Positions 19,869 to 28,584 of a stretch of DNA of 64,000 bases are shown here, in pieces. The translations under genes and the position numbers were made by a program. Under the pieces are notes generated by a model, which saw only the letters and a list, made by a program, of their open reading frames with translations, searched no databases and was not told the DNA's origin. The DNA is from a bacterium (GTDB taxonomy: Bacteria > Patescibacteriota > Minisyncoccia > UBA6257 > 02-FULL-45-10c). How positions within the stretch are numbered: position 1 is the stretch's first letter; every line of letters starts with the position of its first letter. The stretch is taken from contig JAUYKI010000010.1 in NCBI GenBank assembly GCA_030700025.1, forward strand, positions 16,648 through 80,647. The letters are read 5' to 3'.

Positions 19869-20509
19869 AGTGTTTTACAAATAAAATTGTTTCACGTGTT
19901 ACAAAATTATCTAAATAGGCTCAAATCTTTACAGATGTTTCACATTTAGTGTGAAACATTGGTAATGAAATAAGCCTAAAGTATCAAAATTGTTTCGCGT
20001 GAAACTTTTTCACTCAGCCGAACCACCTCTCCTCAACCCGCTTCGCTCGTCCAGCGACTCGCTCGCTTGTACTCGCCGCCTTGCCGTTCAAGGAGTTTAC
20101 GCCCCATAACGAACGGACCCTGCCAAGGCGGCTGCGTGGGTATCGGATAAGTGGTGTCGGCATCGCCCTGTGATTAAAAATTAGGATCGCTTATCAAATC
20201 AAAAGTTTCACGTATTACAAAATTACCCAAATAGGCTCAAGTCTAGCACCAATGTTTCACGCTTTTAGTGTGAAACATTATTTTAGTACCCAAAATAAGG
20301 CAATTTGGCCTAATCCGGCAAGACGAATGTTTCACAAAAGTGTTTCACGCCGACACACCTCCTTCTATCTATATCAACCGATAACACCCTTTCCAACGAA
20401 GAAGAGAGGGTTTTTCTATATTGACATTTAATCCTAAATATGATATCATCATATTTAGTTCAGATTTAGTTCAGACTTGATAGTTAAATAACTGCTAGGA
20501 GGAACTGCA
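19869..20509. promoter_or_regulatory. dense regulatory intergenic region with TGTTTCAC palindromes
   Basis: about 12 TGTTTCAC/GTGAAACA sites; two ~110-bp direct repeats (19889-19960, 20205-20281) flank a GC-rich hairpin-rich core (20030-20170); promoter TTGACA-17-TATCAT overlapped by an 11-bp perfect palindrome (20434-20458); tandem ATTTAGTTCAG x2. Confidence 0.55.
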
Positions 20510-20950
20510 ATGGACAAGGCGATTCTGTACGCGTTGGTTGCGGCAATCTGCTACGGCCTGGGAAGTCCGCTTTTCAAAATGGCGTCCAACAACGGCGCTT
20601 CCGGATCTGGTGTTTCGCTGATGTACGGAATCGCGGCAACGCTTCTCTGCTACTTCGGCGGACAAACCACATTCTTCGGAACCGGCAAGGGTTTTGCTTT
20701 TGCCGGCATGACCGGACTGGCTTTCGGCGTCGCGCTCTTTGCAATCAGTAAGGCAGTGGCAATGCCAACGGGCTATGTTTCGCTCATCGGAGTAATCGTG
20801 GCTGCGTATCCGCTGATCAGTACGGCGATCGGATTGATCTTTCTCGGCGAAGCCGACAAGTTCAAGCTCACGCCCCTGCTGATCGGTTCCGCGTTAGTAG
20901 TGGCCGGCCTCGCGCTTATCACCATGAGCGCCAAAGAGGGAAGCCACTAG
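20510..20950 (+). CDS. small 5-TM membrane protein, single EamA/DMT-like domain
   Basis: AGGAGG RBS at 20497; five hydrophobic helices; terminator ACCGTCC..GGACGGTTTTTT downstream. Confidence 0.5.
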   Translation: MDKAILYALVAAICYGLGSPLFKMASNNGASGSGVSLMYGIAATLLCYFGGQTTFFGTGKGFAFAGMTGLAFGVALFAISKAVAMPTGYVSLIGVIVAAYPLISTAIGLIFLGEADKFKLTPLLIGSALVVAGLALITMSAKEGSH

Positions 20951-21005
20951 AATTCCGAACCGTCCGATTGGAGAGATCCGAAAGGACGGTTTTTTATTAT
21001 TCGTG

Positions 21006-21077
21006 TGCCCTTGCTAGGAATTGAACCTAGAGCTCGACGTTCGAAGCGTCGCGTGATATCCATTTCACTACAAGGGC
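21006..21077 (-). tRNA. tRNA-Arg(TCG), no encoded CCA
   Basis: reverse complement: acceptor gcccttg/caagggc, anticodon arm cgacg-ctTCGaa-cgtcg, T arm ctagg-ttcaatt-cctag. Confidence 0.8.
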
Positions 21078-21092
21078 AATTTTAATGTAACT

Positions 21093-21770
21093 TTATTTGA
21101 TTTGCAGAGTTTTTACAAATAATTTTTGCCAACCTAAAATCTTTCTTAAATGATTTATTCCACCGACATATAATCTTAAACACCCCTTATAATCAGGTAT
21201 TTTTTTAAAATTATATGGGGTAAATTTATACACCGTTGACTGAAATTGATTTAAACTAATTTTTAACCCTTGAGACCAATATTTTTCTAATTTTTCATCG
21301 GCGTATGGTTTGTGTATGTATAATCTGAATTTCATCTTTTCCCTGGGTATATCCAAAAACTTATTAAACCAATTAATCATTATTTTAATAATCATTGGGT
21401 CGGAATTTATTATTTCCGTGTTACCCCCTCTTTTACTTCCTTCGGCCCAGTACAAAGATAGCCCGATTATAAACAAAGGATTAGTAATAAATCCGGCCAA
21501 ACTCGAAGAAGCTTCTTTAAAAATTGCTTTTGTTCTTTGAATGCGTTTTTTTCTATTGGATATAGCGGCTTTAAATCTCGCTTTATCCATTTTTGAATTT
21601 ATTCGTTTTTCTAAATTATTTAATTGGCCCGGCGTAAGGCTAATATATTTTAACCACCCGGATAGCGTGCCCTTAGAAAGGTTTGGTATGCGACTCCTTA
21701 TTTCATTATATGACCGGCCGCTCTTTCTTAATTTTATAGCCAATTGTTTTTCAATAATTCTTTCTTTCAT
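21093..21770 (-). CDS. AT-rich HTH-domain protein with LAGLIDADG-like motif (possible homing-endonuclease-like gene)
   Basis: N-terminal HTH (RKSGRSYNEIRSRI); FIIGLSLYWAEGSK resembles LAGLIDADG/AEGS motif; about 30% GC versus about 46% background; adjacent to tRNA-Arg. Confidence 0.35.
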   Translation of the reverse strand: MKERIIEKQLAIKLRKSGRSYNEIRSRIPNLSKGTLSGWLKYISLTPGQLNNLEKRINSKMDKARFKAAISNRKKRIQRTKAIFKEASSSLAGFITNPLFIIGLSLYWAEGSKRGGNTEIINSDPMIIKIMINWFNKFLDIPREKMKFRLYIHKPYADEKLEKYWSQGLKISLNQFQSTVYKFTPYNFKKIPDYKGCLRLYVGGINHLRKILGWQKLFVKTLQIK

Positions 21771-21894
21771 ATCTTAATGGTATATTTACCATTATATCAT
21801 AGTACGGATGACTTTTCAACTAAGAAGTTTTAAGCTATCTTAAACGTGAATGGAACATTTCCCTAAATTTCGAGATAATGAGAAGGAACGAGCT

Positions 21895-23340
21895 ATGGAA
21901 ATACCAAAAGCAGTAATTGAAGTAGCCAAGGGTTTGAAAGAAGCGGGCTTTGAAGCTTATTTAGTCGGCGGTTGTGTCCGGGATTTTTTGCTAAACAAAG
22001 AACCGAACGATTGGGATTTAACTACTAATGCCCGGCCGGAACAAATCCAGGAAGTTTTTCCGGATAGCGTTTATGAAAATTCTTTCGGTACCGTCGGAGT
22101 AAAAACCCGATCCGGAGAATCGGATACCGCATTAGTAGAAGCCACCACTTACCGCCTGGAAGGAAAATATACGGATAAGCGGCATCCGGATGAAATTACT
22201 TTCGCGAAAACTATTGAGGAAGATTTAGCGCGCCGGGATTTTACCATCAACGCGCTGGCAATGGATTTGAACCATAAAATCGTGGATCCGTTCGGCGGGC
22301 AGGAAGATTTAAAAAATAAAATGATCCGCGCCGTCGGCGATCCGGAAGCCAGATTCCAAGAAGACGCCTTGCGCTTGATGCGGGCTGTGCGCTTTATGGC
22401 GAAGTTAAATTTCCAGATTGATCCGGAAACAGAATCGGCAATTAAAAAACACGCCGGACTTTTAGAATTCATCGCCAAAGAAAGAGTCCGCGATGAACTT
22501 TCTAAAATGCTGATGGCGACCGACGCCGCCAGTGGAATCCGAAAAATGCAGGAGTCCGGATTATTAAAATTTGTTATGCCGGAATTAGAAGAGGGGGTAG
22601 GCTGCGGCCAAAACAAACATCATATCTATGATGTCTTTGAACACATTGTCCGCGCCTTAGATTATTCCGCCAGAAAAAATCATCCCTTTGAAGTCCGCTT
22701 AGCCGCGCTGTTGCACGACGTGGGAAAACCGCGAAGCAAAGAAGGCGATGGTCCGGATAGCCATTTTTACGCCCATCAAACGATCGGAGAAAAAATGGCC
22801 CTGAAAATGCTGGATCGGCTTCATTTTTCCAGAGATGTAATTGAACGAGTGGCGTTATTAGTTAAAGAACACATGTTTGTTTATGATCCGGAATCCGTTA
22901 CTCCGGCGGGCGTCCGCCGGCTGGTAAGGCGAGTAGGGCCGGAAAATATGGATAATTTGCTTTTACTTAGAGAAGCGGACCGGATCGGCTCCGGCGTTCC
23001 CAAAGCCCAGCCTTATCGCTTACGGCATCTTAAATTCTTAATCGAAAAAGTCAGTAAAGATCCGATTAGCGTAAAAATGCTGAAAGTAGGCGGCCAAGAC
23101 ATCTTACAGGAAGCCGGAATGGAACCCGGTCCGAAAGTAGGCAGTATCCTTTCTATCTTATTGGAAGAAGTGTTAGACGACCCGTCTTTAAATGACCGGG
23201 GCCTTTTGCTTATCCGGATAAAAGATTTGGCGCAAATGGAAAGTAAGAAATTGGAGGAAATGGCAAAATTCGCCAAAAAATCCGCCAATGAAGCGCAAAA
23301 TAGAATTGACGAGGAAATTAAGAAAAAATACTTTGTTTAA
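21895..23340 (+). CDS. cca: CCA-adding tRNA nucleotidyltransferase with HD domain
   Basis: AYLVGGCVRDFLL..DWDLTT head motif; HD motif LLHDVGKP; alternative upstream start at 21850. Confidence 0.85.
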   Translation: MEIPKAVIEVAKGLKEAGFEAYLVGGCVRDFLLNKEPNDWDLTTNARPEQIQEVFPDSVYENSFGTVGVKTRSGESDTALVEATTYRLEGKYTDKRHPDEITFAKTIEEDLARRDFTINALAMDLNHKIVDPFGGQEDLKNKMIRAVGDPEARFQEDALRLMRAVRFMAKLNFQIDPETESAIKKHAGLLEFIAKERVRDELSKMLMATDAASGIRKMQESGLLKFVMPELEEGVGCGQNKHHIYDVFEHIVRALDYSARKNHPFEVRLAALLHDVGKPRSKEGDGPDSHFYAHQTIGEKMALKMLDRLHFSRDVIERVALLVKEHMFVYDPESVTPAGVRRLVRRVGPENMDNLLLLREADRIGSGVPKAQPYRLRHLKFLIEKVSKDPISVKMLKVGGQDILQEAGMEPGPKVGSILSILLEEVLDDPSLNDRGLLLIRIKDLAQMESKKLEEMAKFAKKSANEAQNRIDEEIKKKYFV

Positions 23341-23380
23341 AAAATAGGCCCCTGCTAACCAAGTTAACAAGGGCTTTGTA

Positions 23381-23647
23381 CTACCTATGAGTAGCTTTCT
23401 TAGCCGCTCCTGCTTCACTACTAGTTCCAGTAAGAGCTACTAGCCAAGCGATGACACAAAGAACGGGATTCGTGTGCCAGTAATACGTCGTTGCCAGAAT
23501 TGCCACTGTCAGGTGTGGGGCAAAAATAAACCCCAACCAACCAAGCAAACCAAACGAACTTACCGTTCCTACGACTAGCATCGTAATGCGGGGGAAAAAC
23601 GCAATCGCAACCAAAAACCAAACTGTGTGAATTTGCCAGAAATCCAT
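23381..23647 (-). CDS. small membrane protein (88 aa)
   Basis: AGGAGGG RBS upstream; three hydrophobic segments. Confidence 0.4.
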   Translation of the reverse strand: MDFWQIHTVWFLVAIAFFPRITMLVVGTVSSFGLLGWLGFIFAPHLTVAILATTYYWHTNPVLCVIAWLVALTGTSSEAGAAKKATHR

Positions 23648-23779
23648 TTCTCCCTCCTTTTTCGACTCAAAAAACTATATATAGTATATATTATTTAGTC
23701 CTCCTTGTCAAGGAGTCTATATTATTTAACAGAAATCCGGCCTTAGCCGGATTCTTATTTTCATTATTCGTTTTTAATC

Positions 23780-24493
23780 CTAAACCGTCCTCTGATACGC
23801 CTCCCAGATATTCAATCCACAAAAAATAATTTCTATGATTATCAGGCTTTGGCCGATGGTAATTAAAATCGGCAGCGGCCAGATTAAAAACGCCAACAAA
23901 AAAATATAACCCAGCACCCAGGAGAAGAATTGGGTGCGCCCGATAACCGAAGCCTGTAAATTATCCAAAGCGAGTTCATCCGTCAAAGCTTTTTCTTCTT
24001 CTTCAGAAAGTCCGCGCAAATAACGGATTAAATAATCTTTTAAAATAATCCAGATTAAAATTATTTCCAATCCCAAAGCCACCATCAGCCACTCAACCGC
24101 CAGAAGCCGGGATTGATAAATAAGAAGGGTGGCGAAGATAACTATGAACCCGTCCCGGATATGATCCAGCCAAGTTCCTAAAATAGTTACATTATCGTTA
24201 TTTCTGGCAGTCGGTCCGTCAATGCCATCCGAAAGAAAAGCTAAAACTAGAAATAATAATTGCCATTTAACCGGATATTCTAAAAGGTTAAGCGTGAATC
24301 CGATGGCAATTAAAATAAATCCCAAATAAGTAATATAATTGGCGATAATTCCAATTTTATCAAAAAGGCTGGTTAAGGGGCGTAAAGCCCAGTCCCGCCA
24401 ATTTTTTTCCAAAGCAGTCAGGAAATCATCCTTTCTTTTAATAACCATGCCCCGGATTTTACGGCGCGGACTTGGCTTCAATTCTGATGTCAT
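23780..24493 (-). CDS. CDP-alcohol phosphatidyltransferase family protein
   Basis: DGIDGPTARNNDNVTILGTWLDHIRD matches D-G-x2-A-R-x8-G-x3-D-x3-D signature; multi-TM. Confidence 0.75.
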   Translation of the reverse strand: MTSELKPSPRRKIRGMVIKRKDDFLTALEKNWRDWALRPLTSLFDKIGIIANYITYLGFILIAIGFTLNLLEYPVKWQLLFLVLAFLSDGIDGPTARNNDNVTILGTWLDHIRDGFIVIFATLLIYQSRLLAVEWLMVALGLEIILIWIILKDYLIRYLRGLSEEEEKALTDELALDNLQASVIGRTQFFSWVLGYIFLLAFLIWPLPILITIGQSLIIIEIIFCGLNIWEAYQRTV

Positions 24494-24539
24494 ATACTAT
24501 ATAGTAGCAATATAATCGGGCTGTAGTATACCGGTAGTA

Positions 24540-24647
24540 TCCCTCACCCTTTGTTATAACGGAGTGTCGTATAGTGGTAGTATACACGCTTCGGGTGTGT
24601 GTGGTCTGGGTTCGATTCCCAGCACTCCGACAAGAAAGGGTGAGGGA
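24540..24647 (+). repeat. family B paired inverted repeat F1 enclosing the inner tRNA
   Basis: TCCCTCACCCTTT (24540-24552) perfectly complementary to AAAGGGTGAGGGA (24635-24647). Confidence 0.65.
24560..24630 (+). tRNA. tRNA-Pro(CGG)-like (inner copy), no encoded CCA
   Basis: acceptor cggagtg/cactccg; anticodon arm cacgc-ttCGGgt-gtgtg; T arm ctggg-ttcgatt-cccag; D arm non-canonical (uaua/uaua), needs tRNAscan-SE. Confidence 0.55.
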
Positions 24648-24710
24648 CGCTTCGGGTGCGTGAGTACTGGGTTCGATTCCCAGCAGCCCGACCAAATTAA
24701 AATTAAATAT

Positions 24711-24782
24711 GCGCGCTTAGCTCAGTGGTAGAGCATCTCTTTTACACAGAGAGGGTCGGGGGTTCGATCCCCTCAGCGCGCA
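24711..24782 (+). tRNA. tRNA-Val(TAC), no encoded CCA
   Basis: acceptor gcgcgct/agcgcgc; D arm gctc-agtggta-gagc; anticodon arm tctct-ttTACac-agaga; T arm ggggg-ttcgatc-ccctc. Confidence 0.85.
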
Positions 24783-24910
24783 CAAAATATATAGCCGCAT
24801 TAGTGGCTATATTTATTATGAGGAGACGAACGGGAAGGGGGTTGACTAAATCACAAAAAAGAGTTACTATCTCTAAAGTTCCTGGCATTCAACTCGAGGA
24901 GGATCAAGCC

Positions 24911-25315
24911 ATGACCGACGAATATTTCGTGGGACAGCTTTGTCGGAAGATGGGTGAAACCGCGCCTTACGGAATTGAATGGGCCGAGCATCCGGAAGGC
25001 GGACTGATGGCAGAAATTAACGGGGTGTATTTAAGAATTGGGGGGGGCCAAGATTCGCCGATCTTTTTGGAAATTTCTTCGGGAATAAACACGCACATCA
25101 TTCGAGAGCCCAGATTGCCGCAAGCGCCAGCCAGAAAAGTTCTAAATTGGCTGGGCCGAAATTCCGAACAGGATGCGAATAAGCAAAAACTGCGGACTGA
25201 TTTAGAAACTCTGCTTAATCACGCTCTGAAACAATGCCTGAACCGCCGGCAAGATCCAGATCATCAAGAAAAAGTTAAGCAAATGCTCTTTGGACAAATT
25301 ATCGGAAAATTGTAA
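24911..25315 (+). CDS. hypothetical protein (134 aa)
   Basis: GAGGAGG RBS at 24895-24901, 9 nt before the ATG; the longer tracked ORF overlaps tRNA-Val and is rejected; terminator AATCCGCC-AACC-GGCGGATTTTTTTT follows. Confidence 0.5.
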   Translation: MTDEYFVGQLCRKMGETAPYGIEWAEHPEGGLMAEINGVYLRIGGGQDSPIFLEISSGINTHIIREPRLPQAPARKVLNWLGRNSEQDANKQKLRTDLETLLNHALKQCLNRRQDPDHQEKVKQMLFGQIIGKL

Positions 25316-25397
25316 AAAGAATTTAATCCGCCAACCGGCGGATTTTTTTTATATTTTAAAAACTGCCACAGACTTCCGCCCGTGATTTTAGTAAGAT

Positions 25398-25592
25398 ACT
25401 TTAGCATATAAAGCCGAGGTTATTTCTCTTGAAGGAACATCCCGCCACGCCCCGCCAAAGGCGAGGCTCCGCTTACAGCGGGGCCGGGGGCAGGCGTATT
25501 TTGCTTGGACCACAAAATACGCCGAGGGCGAAGAAAGTTTTATCGCTGGAATAAAACTATTCTGTTTCCGCAAAGAGATATAGCCGAGACCC
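25398..25592 (+). repeat. mosaic GC-rich structured element B
   Basis: 3' end TATTCTGTTTCCGCAAAGAGATATAGCCGAGACC is near-identical (2 mismatches) to the reverse complement of 18137-18170; the ends pair; abuts the rpsA promoter. Confidence 0.5.
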
Positions 25593-25621
25593 TTGACCCC
25601 TCTTTTTTTATTATCTATACT
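25593..25621 (+). promoter_or_regulatory. sigma70-like promoter of the S1 gene
   Basis: TTGACC - 17 nt - TATACT; ATG at 25629 only 8 nt after the -10 box, so the transcript is leaderless or nearly so. Confidence 0.45.
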
Positions 25622-25628
25622 ACTTCTC

Positions 25629-26717
25629 ATGACTATTGCTATCAAAAAGGAGTCAGCCATCGCCCAATTGCTTAAATCTTCGCCGGACTTGTTCGGCATT
25701 GTTAAAGAAGGGGATTTAGTGGATGCCAAATTGCTGAAAAGAATGCCGCGCGCGGTTTATTTTGATTTAGGAAAATTCGGCACCGGCGTAGTTTATGGCT
25801 TAGAACTTTTAAACGCCAAAGAAGTATTAAAAAATCTTAAAGAAGGCGATCCCATCTCCGCTAAAGTAGTGGAGGCGGAAAATGAAAACGGTTACGTGGA
25901 GCTTTCTTTGGTAGAAGCCGGAAAGCAAAAATCCTGGCAAACTGTCCGCGATTTGCGGGAAAGCGGAATGGAAACTTTGGTAAAAATAACCAATGTTAAT
26001 TCCGGAGGATTAATGGCCGAAATCGACGGCTTAAAAGCTTTCTTGCCGGTTTCCCAGCTTTCCAACGAACACTATCCCCGGGTAGATGACGGCAACCGGA
26101 CTAAAATTCTGGAAGAATTAAAAAAGTTTGTCGGCCAAGAACTAAACGTTAAAGTCATTGATGCTAATCCCCGCAATGACAAGCTGATTATTTCCGAAAA
26201 GGAAATTACCTCCCAAGACGTAAAAGAATATCTCGCCAAATATAAAGTCGGCGATGTTATTGACGGCATTATTTCCGGCGTAGCGGATTTCGGAGCTTTT
26301 ATGCGCTTTGCCGATAATCCGAAAATAGAGGGGTTAATCCACATATCCGAATTAAGCCACCGCTTAATTGAAAATCCGAAAGATATTATCAAAGTAGACG
26401 AATCCGTTAAGGCCAAAATCCTGGATATCAAAGACGGACGGGTAACCCTTTCCTTAAAAGCATTAAAAGAGGATCCGTGGCTGAAAGCCGAGGAAAGATA
26501 CCAAGCCAATCAGGAAGTTCCGGGAACTGTCCTCAAATTCAATCCCTTTGGCGCCTTTATCGGCTTGGACGCCGACATCCAGGGCCTGATCCACATCTCC
26601 GAATTCGGCAGCGCCGAAGAGATGTCCAAGCAATTAGCCATCGGAAAAACTTATACCTTTACCATTACCTCCGTTAAGCCTGCCGAAAAAAGAATTATCT
26701 TGAAATTGAAAAAATAG
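25629..26717 (+). CDS. rpsA: 30S ribosomal protein S1-like (four S1 domains)
   Basis: four repeats of the S1 OB-fold pattern (GDVIDGIISGVADFGAFMRF, GTVLKFNPFGAFIGL..); alternative TTG start at 25593. Confidence 0.75.
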   Translation: MTIAIKKESAIAQLLKSSPDLFGIVKEGDLVDAKLLKRMPRAVYFDLGKFGTGVVYGLELLNAKEVLKNLKEGDPISAKVVEAENENGYVELSLVEAGKQKSWQTVRDLRESGMETLVKITNVNSGGLMAEIDGLKAFLPVSQLSNEHYPRVDDGNRTKILEELKKFVGQELNVKVIDANPRNDKLIISEKEITSQDVKEYLAKYKVGDVIDGIISGVADFGAFMRFADNPKIEGLIHISELSHRLIENPKDIIKVDESVKAKILDIKDGRVTLSLKALKEDPWLKAEERYQANQEVPGTVLKFNPFGAFIGLDADIQGLIHISEFGSAEEMSKQLAIGKTYTFTITSVKPAEKRIILKLKK

Positions 26718-26748
26718 TTCTGATGCCTCATAATTAGGGGTAATAACT

Positions 26749-28584
26749 ATGCAGACTTTTTATAAAAGCATCCTTTGGGCTACTTTAGTTTTATTTTTGC
26801 TTTCGCTGGCTTTTTCTTTTCTTTTTGACACTCAAGCTAAGCCGGAAGTTCTTAGCCTTAACCAACTAACCGCCAGAATCAACTCCGGCGAGATAACTAA
26901 AATCACCGTTCAAGGCGATAATCTTAAAATTTCCCTGAAAGACGGAAAAGAAGCCGTTGCTCAAAAAGAAACAGAATCCGGTTTAAGCGAAACTCTGAAA
27001 AATTACGGCGTAAAAACTGACGCCCTGAATCAAGTGGCGATAGAAATCCAAGACGAATCCGGTTTTCAATTTTGGATGGGCATTCTTCTGCCGACGCTTC
27101 TGCCATTAATCGCCATGGTGGTTATTTTCTGGTTTATTTTCCGGCAGGCAAAAACCGGCGCTAACCAGGCTTTTACTTTCGGCCGTTCCAGTCTCCGGCT
27201 TTATGGTAATTTTAAAGACCGTCCAACCTTTAAAGACGTAGCCGGCCTGAAAGAAGCCAAACACGAATTGGAAGAGGTGGTGGATTTCCTGAAAAATCCA
27301 AAAAAGTTTTTGGACATGGGCGCCCGTATTCCGCGCGGAGTTTTATTGATGGGCTCGCCAGGCACCGGAAAAACTTTATTAGCAAGATCCGTAGCCGGTG
27401 AAAGCGGAGTTCCATTCTTTTTCATTTCCGCTTCAGAATTCGTAGAAATGTTCGTGGGTGTTGGCGCTTCCCGAACCCGCGATGCTTTTGCCACCGCCAA
27501 AAAAGCCGCTCCTTCTATCTTATTTATTGACGAGATTGACGCGATTGGCCGGGAACGCGGCGCCGGAGTGGGAGGCGGACACGACGAACGGGAACAAACC
27601 CTAAACCAAATCTTAGTGGAAATGGACGGCTTTGAACGGGACAATAATGTAATAGTTTTAGCCGCTACCAACCGGCCGGATATTTTGGACCGGGCTCTTT
27701 TGCGGCCAGGCCGTTTTGACCGCAGAGTTTGGCTGGACTTGCCGGACATCAACGACCGCGAGGCGATTTTAAAACTCCACGCGAAAGACAAACCATTAGC
27801 CAAAAATACCGATTTGCGGCAAATCGCGATCCGCACGCCTGGATTTTCCGGAGCGGATTTAGCCAACTTAATGAATGAATCGGCGATTTTAGCCGCCCAT
27901 CATAACCGAAAAGAAGTTATTCAAAATGATCTTTATGATTCCATTGAAAAAGTAATGCTCGGCCCCCAAAGAAAGGGGCGGGCTATCAGTCAAAAAGAAA
28001 AAGAAATTACCGCCTATCACGAAGCCGGCCACGCCTTGGTCGCTGCCAGCTTAAAAGACGCTGATCCGGTGCATAAAATTTCTATAATCAGCCGCGGCCG
28101 GGCCGGCGGTTACACTTTAAAATTGCCGTTGGAAGAACAACGGTTGCGGACTCGTTCCCAATTTTTAGCGGAAGTAGCAGTGGCCCTGGGCGGTTACGTG
28201 GCTGAGCAAGAAATTTTCGGGGAAATGAGCACCGGCGCATCCAGTGATTTACGCGAAGCTTCCAAAGTTACCCGGGCGCTAGTAACCCAATTCGGCATGA
28301 GCGAAGCTATCGGCCCGCAAACTTTCGGCGAATCGCACGATCTTATGTTTTTAGGAAAAGAAATTACCAGCGAACGGAATTATTCCGAAGCCACCGCGGA
28401 TAAAATTGACATAGAAGTAAAAAAATTCACTGAACGCTCTTATACGGCGGCAAAAAAAATAATTTCTTCCCGCCGGCAAATATTAAAAGCGGTTGCCCAA
28501 GCCCTGATAGAAAAAGAAGAATTGGAAAAAGAAGCTTTTGACAAAATTATCAGCAGTTTTAAACTAAAGCCGTTGTCGATTTAG
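26749..28584 (+). CDS. ftsH: ATP-dependent zinc metalloprotease FtsH
   Basis: 611 aa; N-terminal TM helices, AAA Walker A GSPGTGKT, HEAGHALVA zinc site. Confidence 0.9.
   Translation: MQTFYKSILWATLVLFLLSLAFSFLFDTQAKPEVLSLNQLTARINSGEITKITVQGDNLKISLKDGKEAVAQKETESGLSETLKNYGVKTDALNQVAIEIQDESGFQFWMGILLPTLLPLIAMVVIFWFIFRQAKTGANQAFTFGRSSLRLYGNFKDRPTFKDVAGLKEAKHELEEVVDFLKNPKKFLDMGARIPRGVLLMGSPGTGKTLLARSVAGESGVPFFFISASEFVEMFVGVGASRTRDAFATAKKAAPSILFIDEIDAIGRERGAGVGGGHDEREQTLNQILVEMDGFERDNNVIVLAATNRPDILDRALLRPGRFDRRVWLDLPDINDREAILKLHAKDKPLAKNTDLRQIAIRTPGFSGADLANLMNESAILAAHHNRKEVIQNDLYDSIEKVMLGPQRKGRAISQKEKEITAYHEAGHALVAASLKDADPVHKISIISRGRAGGYTLKLPLEEQRLRTRSQFLAEVAVALGGYVAEQEIFGEMSTGASSDLREASKVTRALVTQFGMSEAIGPQTFGESHDLMFLGKEITSERNYSEATADKIDIEVKKFTERSYTAAKKIISSRRQILKAVAQALIEKEELEKEAFDKIISSFKLKPLSI

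Larger units (their letters stand above)
24517..24694 (+). tRNA. split/nested tRNA-Pro-like gene (outer copy): 5' part 24517-24541, 3' part 24648-24694 with CCA
   Basis: cgggctg at 24517 is a perfect 7-bp complement of the 3' acceptor strand cagcccg-a-cca; D arm gtataccggtagtat paralogous to the inner tRNA; anticodon arm acgc-ttCGGgt-gcgt; T arm ctggg-ttcgatt-cccag. Confidence 0.4.

Noticed and set aside
19869-20360. Possible CRISPR array suggested by recurring TGTTTCAC-containing repeats
   Set aside because: Repeat units are palindromic, of variable length and irregularly spaced with only two long direct repeats. No cas genes are nearby. More consistent with transcription-factor binding sites.
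24725-25315. 196-aa ORF beginning inside tRNA-Val
   Set aside because: The N-terminal 62 codons overlap the tRNA and lack an RBS. A strong GAGGAGG RBS precedes the internal ATG at 24911, which is taken as the start.
25388-25729. 113-aa minus-strand ORF
   Set aside because: Overlaps structured element B and the rpsA promoter and start. No RBS; likely a chance ORF in GC-rich sequence.
27201-27866. 221-aa ORF antisense within ftsH
   Set aside because: Embedded in the AAA-domain-coding part of ftsH. Spurious.
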